A stretch of 33,062 nucleotides of DNA from a virus (taxonomy: Duplodnaviria; Caudoviricetes). The notes beneath the pieces were generated by a model. That model had not been told where the DNA came from. It ran no database searches and saw only the letters and a list, made by a program, of their open reading frames with translations. The stretch covers positions 1 to 33,062 of the IMG/VR virus record IMGVR_UViG_3300048856_000138; one strand, 5' to 3'. Of this stretch, positions 8,674-16,243 are shown one piece after another; the stretch's first letter is position 1; every line of letters begins with the position of its first letter. The translations under genes and the position numbers were made by a program.

Positions 8674-10589
8674 AAAAAACACGCCCCGAGATGACGCCGG
8701 AATTAGCTGAGGTCATCCGAAGATCAGAATTGCTGGCCAGGTCAGACAGACTTGACACGGCGCTGAGACTCCTAACCGAAGAGGCAAAGTCGGATACCGG
8801 CTTTGTCCTCGTCTACGCGACTCTCGTGGCTATCAGTGAGATGTTGCTTAAAAAGGGACAAACAGCGAAAGCAAAACAACTGGCTGCAGTGTCCCTCGCA
8901 GCATATATGAAACGGAAAGCCGATCTTGAAACCGTTTATGAGTTCCCCGAACTGCCAAAGTCCGGTTTTGGAACGCACAGCTATACCCCCGCCCCTAGCC
9001 GAAAGAGGTCAGTGCGAGCATCATCTAACAAGGGAATGCGGGTGGGGCGGGAAGACTACTTTGGTGGCTATCTGGCCGAACGCCTTTCCCCGGATATTGC
9101 TGGGTCCGACCCGACGGCGTACCTCACTCCGCATCTAGATATAACCCCCGCCGGTAGTCGTGACGACTTGATCGTCGTTGACGTCTATCTCGATAATCAT
9201 GATTTCGCAGCCGGTGAGTTCGGTGAGAAGGTCGGCGCCCCTCACGGAACCGAGGTGCTGGTCCAGCTTTTCACGACAAAACACTTTGAGATCGTGGGCT
9301 CGGGTGTCGCGACTTTCCTATTCGACAGCAAAGCCAAACGTATCGACATGGCAAGCTTTCACCTGAGAGTGGCAGCTGTTCCTGACGACGATATCACGTC
9401 GCCTGCAATAACGGCGCTTTTCTCAGTAAACGGGCGTCCGTGCGGGAAAATCGCTCGCTCGGTTAAATTCGATGGGACACCTGTAGAGATAGTCGCTTTG
9501 GCGGCGGTGGCTTTCAACGTGGAGCCCGCCGTCGTCGATCCTGCTAGTTTGACAGTGACCATAATCAGCAACCCCACAAACGATGGACGGCAATTCTTCT
9601 GCACGGTTTCATCCCCGCATCTGTCGGATATTGGGCCCTCCGACTGGAACCTCCCAAGCAGCGCCCAAAGCCTCGTCAGCGGATTCATGAACAAGTTCAC
9701 CGCGTCGACCAAAAGCTCCCAGATGATTGCCGAGCTTGTAGGAGCTGGAAAGCTCCTGTTCGAAGCTGCCCCGGAAAACTTCCGTCGCGCCTTTTGGGCA
9801 TTGATTGATGGAAACCGGCCCTTGACCAGCATCGCGATTGTCAGCGAGGAGGCCTATATTCCATGGGAGCTTATGGTCCCGACCCGACAAACAGCTGCGG
9901 GCTTGGAGGAAAGGGCGAATCCAATCGGGGTCGACTTTGCGATCGGTCGATGGATTCTCAAGGTGCAATCGCCGTCGCGGAAGATTTCGATCGATGAATC
10001 AATTGTGATCGCCCCCGAGTATGCCGGTGGCAACGTCTTGATAAACGCTCAGAAGGAAGCCGAACTTGTCTCGGGACAATTCCGAGGCCCGATAGTGCGT
10101 CCGGCGGACTTTGAGGCCGTCGCGCTTGCACTGGTGTCGAAATATTCGCTTCTTCATTTCGTGTGTCACGGCAAAGACAAAGCCTTGGACGGTCAGGCCA
10201 TCGACCTTGATGACAGCGACGAACTGACGACAGGGAACTTGAGAGGCATTGAAGGGATAGCGGCGGCTTTCCGGTCCAAGGCTCCAGTCGTTTTCCTCAA
10301 CGCCTGTGAAGTCGGCCGTGGCAGTCCAGCACTTGTAGGGCCGGGCGGCTTCGCTTCGCAATTCATTACGCTAGGCGCTAGAGCGGTCATAGCGCCGCTT
10401 TGGAGCGTGGAAGACTCAGTGGCCCACGACATAGCACTTGAGTTCTACGAGGCTTTAGAGCGTGATCCGACGACACCGCTTGCAAACATCTTTTCACGAG
10501 TGCGGGCCAAAGCGTACGTCCAAGGTTCAGGTAAGGACACTTATGCGGCTTACTGTTTCTTCGGCGATCCGTTGGCGGTGTTGAGCTGA
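8670..10589 (+). CDS. CHAT-domain (caspase/HetF clan) protease with N-terminal helical and beta-rich domains
   Basis: 'IPWEL', His in 'LLHFVCHG', Cys in 'VFLNACEVG', 'GARAVIAPLWSVEDSVA..IA..FY', 'AYCFFGDP'. TTG start overlaps the upstream stop, with an AGGAGG RBS. Confidence 0.92.
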   Translation: MKKTRPEMTPELAEVIRRSELLARSDRLDTALRLLTEEAKSDTGFVLVYATLVAISEMLLKKGQTAKAKQLAAVSLAAYMKRKADLETVYEFPELPKSGFGTHSYTPAPSRKRSVRASSNKGMRVGREDYFGGYLAERLSPDIAGSDPTAYLTPHLDITPAGSRDDLIVVDVYLDNHDFAAGEFGEKVGAPHGTEVLVQLFTTKHFEIVGSGVATFLFDSKAKRIDMASFHLRVAAVPDDDITSPAITALFSVNGRPCGKIARSVKFDGTPVEIVALAAVAFNVEPAVVDPASLTVTIISNPTNDGRQFFCTVSSPHLSDIGPSDWNLPSSAQSLVSGFMNKFTASTKSSQMIAELVGAGKLLFEAAPENFRRAFWALIDGNRPLTSIAIVSEEAYIPWELMVPTRQTAAGLEERANPIGVDFAIGRWILKVQSPSRKISIDESIVIAPEYAGGNVLINAQKEAELVSGQFRGPIVRPADFEAVALALVSKYSLLHFVCHGKDKALDGQAIDLDDSDELTTGNLRGIEGIAAAFRSKAPVVFLNACEVGRGSPALVGPGGFASQFITLGARAVIAPLWSVEDSVAHDIALEFYEALERDPTTPLANIFSRVRAKAYVQGSGKDTYAAYCFFGDPLAVLS

Positions 10590-10591
10590 TG

Positions 10592-11071
10592 TCAGTCGGT
10601 GTCGCGAACAGCGCGCGTGATCGGGTCAATGATGGTCACCGGAACCGAGCTATCACGGGCGTACTTCACGATATCGGCCGTCCCACCGAAGCCTCGGGAG
10701 CGTTCTCCGTCCCAGATGGCGATCAATCGGTCCACATTTTGCACAATGAAACACCCGGCGTCGAAAAACGCCTGTTCCGGTTTATTTCCGGAGGCCATCT
10801 CTATCGCCTGACATTTCGTAAGCATTTTTCGATAACGAAGAAGTGCGTTAGCCGCAAAAAATCGTTCGTAGTCGGAGATAGGTATTATGGCAACGACGGT
10901 CCCGCCACGATCCAGCATCGCCTCGGCAAACACCTGATCACTCCCTTCTGCAAGGGACGAGTAGCCTTCCAAAGGCGCAGACAGGCGATCAAGGTTCAGA
11001 TCGACCTGCTGACGAACCCAGTGCCAGTCGATGCCGACCCGCTTCTGATGGCCCGTTACTCCAACCTTCAT
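10592..11071 (-). CDS. Stand-alone SLOG superfamily (YspA/DUF1273-like) nucleotide-binding protein
   Basis: 'VGVTGH', 'SSLAEGSDQVFAE', 'D.LIAIWDG....GFGGTADIV.YA....VPV..I'. Start at ATG 11071 with a GGAGG RBS; the ORF track starts at 11092. Confidence 0.88.
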   Translation of the reverse strand: MKVGVTGHQKRVGIDWHWVRQQVDLNLDRLSAPLEGYSSLAEGSDQVFAEAMLDRGGTVVAIIPISDYERFFAANALLRYRKMLTKCQAIEMASGNKPEQAFFDAGCFIVQNVDRLIAIWDGERSRGFGGTADIVKYARDSSVPVTIIDPITRAVRDTD

Positions 11072-11297
11072 CGGTGCCTCCCCTCGTTCCATAAGCGTTC
11101 TCGCCGGCGACAGGGCGAAGTCGGCACGAGATACGCCTCAAAACGCACTCCAACATATCCACGAGATATCGCTTTCAGGCCATCTTACAAGTTTTTTGAA
11201 TTGGAGCAGGGCACTGCATAGTCTATCGTCACGCAATGGAAGTCCCACCGTCCTGGACCAGAAGATCAGAGGCGGGGCATATTTAGGCAGCCGCTCC

Positions 11298-12203
11298 GTG
11301 GAATCATATCTCGAAATTGCTAAGCGGATATTGCGCGAAGCCAGGCGACCATTGACGGCGAAGGCTATGCTGGACGCTGCCTATCGCGCTGACATCGTCC
11401 CACCACACCTTCACGGCAAGACGCAGCATAAGACGCTCCAGGCGAGGCTCAGCGAAGATATCCTCAAGAACAAGCGGAATTCTGTCTTCTATCGCACGGA
11501 ACCGGGGTATTTTTTCCTGACTGAATTTCAGAGCGATCCCTTAATACCCGAGAAGTTCAGGGTGCCGTTCCCCGCAAGGCGGCGTACTCGCGACCTCTCG
11601 CGCGGACCGATCCTAGCAATGCTGAATTCGCCCAATATCGACTGCGGCGAAGGAGATCGCTGGCTTGATGAGGCAATAGCGAAAGGCCTACTACTGTATG
11701 CGGACCCCAAGGACGCCTCCCCCGACATCGTCTTCCTCTGGACGTTTGCGATGGTCGTCCGCGGCGACCAAGTCCTCTCATATCGTGTCGGCCGTTACCG
11801 CGACGATCGTGACAGCTTCGCTAACAAGCGCACCGTTGGCTTCTCCAACGTCGTCCACGCTGACTACCGGACCTTTTTCAACCAGGATGATTACGGGATC
11901 ATGGAAAGTGCTACGACAGCAGTCCTAACTGATCTCGATATCTCCAATTCCTTCGAAATTTTCAACGGCGACGGCGTAAGGCCTACGATCCAGTCCGTAT
12001 GCGTCTCTCACCAGCACGGCAAGTCGCCGGCATATGTGGCCTTCATCCGCCTGACCTGTCCCGAATGGTTCGAGCCGACGAGCCGCAGGCTCTCACTCAA
12101 CGACCTTCGATGGCTCGACGTAACGACGACGCCCAATCACCTCGAGGACTTCGATCCATGGTCGCAGGTGGCCCTGGAGCGTCGATACGCCCAAGCGGTT
12201 TAA
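11298..12203 (+). CDS. HARE-HTH (winged helix) domain fused to a NUDIX-like fold domain
   Basis: N-terminal 'SYLEIAKRILREARRPLTAKAM....GKTQHKTLQARLSEDI....S.FYRT.PG.F.L' is HARE-HTH. C-terminal 'VVRGDQVLSYR...KRTVGF' resembles predicted NUDIX phosphoesterases with a degenerate Nudix box. GTG 11298 preferred over TTG 11196. Confidence 0.78.
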   Translation: MESYLEIAKRILREARRPLTAKAMLDAAYRADIVPPHLHGKTQHKTLQARLSEDILKNKRNSVFYRTEPGYFFLTEFQSDPLIPEKFRVPFPARRRTRDLSRGPILAMLNSPNIDCGEGDRWLDEAIAKGLLLYADPKDASPDIVFLWTFAMVVRGDQVLSYRVGRYRDDRDSFANKRTVGFSNVVHADYRTFFNQDDYGIMESATTAVLTDLDISNSFEIFNGDGVRPTIQSVCVSHQHGKSPAYVAFIRLTCPEWFEPTSRRLSLNDLRWLDVTTTPNHLEDFDPWSQVALERRYAQAV

Positions 12204-12218
12204 GCTGGGTTCGACACA

Positions 12219-13895
12219 TTGAAACCCCCGATCGATCCTATTTACGCTCAGTTTCTGAAGATGGAGCTGGAGTCCGGTGAACCCCGCCGGATAAAAGTCG
12301 CGTTGCAGGAAATCTGCCGTCAATACCGCCGCGGCTCAGGCCTCCGCGAACCCATCAAGACGAACATCGAGACCATAATATCTGGCCTGTTGATAAGGGT
12401 AAGCCAGGACATGAAAGTTGTTCGCTGGTGCCTGAATGCAATCGCGCAGTTCGGTCGCAAAGACTACAGCCTCAATGGCGTGCTGCAGTCGATCGAGACT
12501 CACCGAGACAATCCAGAAATTGCCGGGTCCGCAGTCGCAGCGCTCTTCAAAATCGATAGCAAGACCTTGAAGGACGCCAACAGGATCACCGTGTTGCCGC
12601 GCGAGATCATAGCGCTTGGCGCCCTCCAAAACACCCATCCAAGCCGGCTGGATTTAACGGGGGTCCGCATCAATATCGAACGAGCAGCGCCCGACGTCCT
12701 GAAACTGGCGTTGATCACGGTCGGAATCGACAAGGCTGTCGAAAACCTGTTCGATCCGAAATTCACGAACCAGCAAATCGTGCAGGCCCTTGGAAAGCAC
12801 GACGATGCGATCGTGAAGCAATACAGCGTGTGGGCTATTCTTGAGAACTCACTGCTGTCAGCCGCCGACCTCGGCGTCGACCTTACCAATCTTGATCGCG
12901 AGCCGGTCAACGTCCGCGCGAAGGTGTATAGCCTCCTGGCGGCGGAGAACGGAGATGTCAAGCGACGACACGAGTTCATCCTCCAGGGGTCGGACGATCT
13001 TGAGGCCGAGGCTAGGAGCGGCTTGGCCAGTACGTTGAAGGATGTCTGGTATGACAGCCTCGATACCGTGACCGTCCCTTGGTACGAAGACGAAACCGAT
13101 CCTATAGTGCGCGAGGGACTTCTGGATCACTTCGCGAAATTCGCTGGCGATTCTCCAAGCTATGAGGAAATCGCGGTCGAGGCTTTCAAGACAAATCCCG
13201 CTGTCCGCGATCGTCTATACGGCATGGCAGCTGGAAAACCCCTTTATGGACGGTTCAAAAGAATCGATCTCGCAGGAGAGACACCGAACCTCTTCAAAGA
13301 GGACGGCTTCCAACAGGAAGGCAGCCATAGAAAAACGCCTGCCATGAAGATTCTGATGCTCGGCGCGAGCCCTGCGGACGAAGAAGTCCTACGAGTCAAC
13401 GCCGAGAACAGGGAAATCAAGCGCCAGATCGAAAGCATCGGAGAACGCCCGTTGCAGATAGACACGGAATTTGCTGTCAGGGTTTCCGATCTGCAAAGGC
13501 ACATGCTGAAAGCAAAACCAACTATTCTTCACTTCAGTGGCCACGGCGACACTGGAAGCTGGCTCGTTTTTGAGGATGATGGAGGCAATGCCTACCCCGT
13601 TGAACCGGACGCGCTCGCCGATTTGATGAAAATATTCAAAAGCGAATTGCAGTGCGTGGTGCTGAATTGCTGTTACTCGAATGCGCTGGCCGAGGCGATT
13701 GCAAAGCATATCCCGATCGTCATAGGCTGCGACGGTTCCGTCGTCGACAGCGCGGCGACATCGTTTTCCGTCGGGTTCTATCGCGGCCTGGCTAGCGGTA
13801 AAGACTTCAGCCAGTCTTTCGAACTCGGCGTAAATGAGATCAACCTGACTTCAGACAGGTCGTTGTCTGAAATGTACAGAATTCACAAACGCTGA
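12219..13895 (+). CDS. HEAT/ARM-like helical repeat protein with C-terminal CHAT protease domain
   Basis: About 370 aa of helical repeats ('D.KVVRWCLNAIAQFG', 'DDAIVKQYSVWA'), then 'KILMLGASP....LRV..E.REI', 'ILHFSGHG' (His), 'VVLNCCYS' (Cys), 'FS.GFY.GLASG'. Confidence 0.9.
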   Translation: MKPPIDPIYAQFLKMELESGEPRRIKVALQEICRQYRRGSGLREPIKTNIETIISGLLIRVSQDMKVVRWCLNAIAQFGRKDYSLNGVLQSIETHRDNPEIAGSAVAALFKIDSKTLKDANRITVLPREIIALGALQNTHPSRLDLTGVRINIERAAPDVLKLALITVGIDKAVENLFDPKFTNQQIVQALGKHDDAIVKQYSVWAILENSLLSAADLGVDLTNLDREPVNVRAKVYSLLAAENGDVKRRHEFILQGSDDLEAEARSGLASTLKDVWYDSLDTVTVPWYEDETDPIVREGLLDHFAKFAGDSPSYEEIAVEAFKTNPAVRDRLYGMAAGKPLYGRFKRIDLAGETPNLFKEDGFQQEGSHRKTPAMKILMLGASPADEEVLRVNAENREIKRQIESIGERPLQIDTEFAVRVSDLQRHMLKAKPTILHFSGHGDTGSWLVFEDDGGNAYPVEPDALADLMKIFKSELQCVVLNCCYSNALAEAIAKHIPIVIGCDGSVVDSAATSFSVGFYRGLASGKDFSQSFELGVNEINLTSDRSLSEMYRIHKR

Positions 13896-14039
13896 TACCA
13901 GATATGCCGTCTGTCTATCCAGAAGCTGCGAGTGGACCGGTTCCCGTTCGATTCGAGTGACAGGCTGTGTTGAATCGCCGTCAAGTTGCCGCCTCTCCGG
14001 CGATCGCTGATAAATACCGGTAGTGGCTCATAATGACGC

Positions 14040-15185
14040 TCATCGCAATTCCGAGACGAGGATCAGCGTATCAACGTCGATCCCTTTCGCAGCCCTTATT
14101 TCGATGAGGTCCGGTTCGCCCGGCAAAGCTTGTTCGATCATTTCCCGAGCCTGCGCGACCGCATGACCGACGGACTGTGCGCCACCGATAGCGGAGTAGA
14201 AATGCCCGGCGAAAAGGCTGGCAGACAAGTCCGCGACCGAATCCGGCATCGCGATCAGAACCGGCACCGCTTCGAGCAACACCGCGGCCCCTTCGAGTGA
14301 CCGGCAAGCGTTGAGTACAAGCAGCGTAGGAGGGAAGTTCGTAGCTTCCAGAATACGGCGTAGCCGGGTGAAATCCATCATCTGCCCGATCGGCGTCTCG
14401 ATCAACGCGTCGTCGAAGAGCAGTCCGTCGCCGTTACCATGCCCTGAGAAATGGATGACGTGCGGTCTTAGGTCGTTCAACCCATTGAGGAGGTCTTCCG
14501 GCGTTGCCGCTGGCCTGTGGTGAAGCTCGATCAGGTCACGGTGCTTGACCGATCGCATTCGTTTGAGGACATTGTTCACCTCGGCATCCACTCTAAGTGG
14601 ATCATCAAGGTTAGGGCTCGAGGTGAGATAGAGGACTCTCAGCTTCTCCGGCTCCGGCTGGCGTTCGATTATATGCCGTACGGTAAACATGGAAAGGCGA
14701 CCTATTTCGCGGGCGTGGCTTTTCTCGGTCTGCCGCCGTCGAGCATCGTCTCGGCTGCGTGCGTCCGCCTCCGACTTCTCCTTGCGTTTTCTCGCGTCAT
14801 CACCCCGCGCAAGCTTGTCACGTTCGGCTTTTTCCTCTCGTTTGGCCTGCTTTTCCTTCCGTTCAGCCTCCCCGCGCTCGCTCTTTAGGGCGGATGTGAG
14901 CCTTGCCTCCGCTTTTTGCTGCTTGGAAACAACCGCCGCTACTTTGCCCTGAAGGTCAGCGATCTTTCTCTCGGCAACGGCGGCTTTGTTTCGCTCCCCC
15001 TCCGCCGCCTTCGTATATGAGCTGCGAGACGACGCAGAGGAGGACCTAGCTGCCAACGCAGCCTTCTTTGAAGACTCCGAACGCGCCTTAGATGAGATAG
15101 AGATTTGGGCAGCGATGTCCTTCTGGAGTTTCGCCAAATCTGTCTGAAGCCGAGCCAGCTCGCTCCTATAAGTGGTTGATCCCAT
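14040..15185 (-). CDS. Coiled-coil protein with C-terminal CHAT protease domain
   Basis: K/E/R/A/S-rich heptad N-terminus, then 'LRVLYLTSSP....LRVDAEV', 'VIHFSGHG' (His), 'LVLNACRS' (Cys). Likely start ATG 15185; the ORF track extends to 15272. Confidence 0.9.
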   Translation of the reverse strand: MGSTTYRSELARLQTDLAKLQKDIAAQISISSKARSESSKKAALAARSSSASSRSSYTKAAEGERNKAAVAERKIADLQGKVAAVVSKQQKAEARLTSALKSERGEAERKEKQAKREEKAERDKLARGDDARKRKEKSEADARSRDDARRRQTEKSHAREIGRLSMFTVRHIIERQPEPEKLRVLYLTSSPNLDDPLRVDAEVNNVLKRMRSVKHRDLIELHHRPAATPEDLLNGLNDLRPHVIHFSGHGNGDGLLFDDALIETPIGQMMDFTRLRRILEATNFPPTLLVLNACRSLEGAAVLLEAVPVLIAMPDSVADLSASLFAGHFYSAIGGAQSVGHAVAQAREMIEQALPGEPDLIEIRAAKGIDVDTLILVSELR

Positions 15186-15390
15186 CGAGTCTGCCGCCCG
15201 ATCTTCTTCCGATGCTTCGTCGGACTTAGGTGGGCTTTCTTCTGCGTTCGTCAACTGCGCAAACCTTGTCAAGGCGGCTCGATCCCACAGACGTACCCCG
15301 GATCAAGCGATATTTCGGCCCACCGAAATCAGCGGGGCGCCGTCGGGCTGCATTTCCTCAACGTGACTTTCCGCCAGCCAGCCCCTAGCG

Positions 15391-15770
15391 TTACGCCTCT
15401 CTCTCGGCATTGGACCGAAAGACCAGCTCCATTAGAATTCCTCCAGCCGTGTGCACGAATAGCCGCCGCTCGTACAAATCAGGTAGGTCCATTGTTTGAT
15501 AGCGGATGCCGAGGCGATCCAGCTTGCCTCGCGTGCCCGAGTAATCATCCATTCGGAAGCCCGCGTGGTCCAGCATTTCCGCGCCCCAGGGGGGCATTTC
15601 ACCATCGCCGGGAATGAGGTGGATTATCGGGTCCGACCCTTCATAGAGCCAGTACCCGGGAAACGAGAACGGCGGCTGATAGCCGACGGTTACCCCGAGG
15701 AGTGCCTCAAGAAAAAAGCGCGTGTCGCCTCGATATCGCTTGTACGGAACGTGACGTGGTCGATATTCGA
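15391..15770 (-). pseudogene. Frameshifted VOC/glyoxalase family gene
   Basis: 'NIDHVTFRTSDIEATRAF' then a frameshift at a T6 run (15712-15717), continuing 'LEALLGVTVGYQPPFSFPGYWLY...IIHLI...LDHAGF...GILMELVF'. Confidence 0.85.
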
Positions 15771-16114
15771 CGCTTGATCATCGTGTTTTCTGGCAAGGCT
15801 TCGTTCCAGGGCCTGGCACCGGTCTTTGCGCCCGAGGTAACTAAATGCGTATTGGCTTGGCGTGGTTGGCACGCTAACTAAAACGCTGGCGAGATCGTAC
15901 GTCGCCGTTAGCCTACGTTGAGCATATCCTCTGCAAAAAGCATCGGGTGAAGAACCAGTCGCTATCAAACAAGTATCCGGATACCGTTTTCGAAAAAGCC
16001 GTTGCATAATTTCTAGTAGTCTATACCCTAATATCACGGATGGCTGGAAGCCATGCGCGAGACGGGTTGGATACTCAAAGCTTACATTGCAGAGAACATC
16101 GGCCATGGTCGATG

Positions 16115-16165
16115 AAATCCGCCTTTGATCCCACAACAATTTGTTGTTGGATCAAAGGCGGATTT
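16115..16165. repeat. 51-bp near-perfect palindrome followed by T-tracts
   Basis: AAATCCGCCTTTGATCCCACAACAA-T-TTGTTGTTGGATCAAAGGCGGATTT: 25-bp arms, one mismatch, 1-nt centre. Confidence 0.9.
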
Positions 16166-16243
16166 TTTTTCGAATTTTTTTCAGGCTGGGGGCTGTCTGC
16201 CCTAAGACCCCCGAGGATAAGAAACAGGTTAGGACTAAGGGGG

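Noticed and set aside
10589-11221. 210-aa plus-strand ORF apparently coupled to the CHAT stop (TGATG)
   Set aside because: Antisense to the clearly recognisable SLOG gene; no domain signal.
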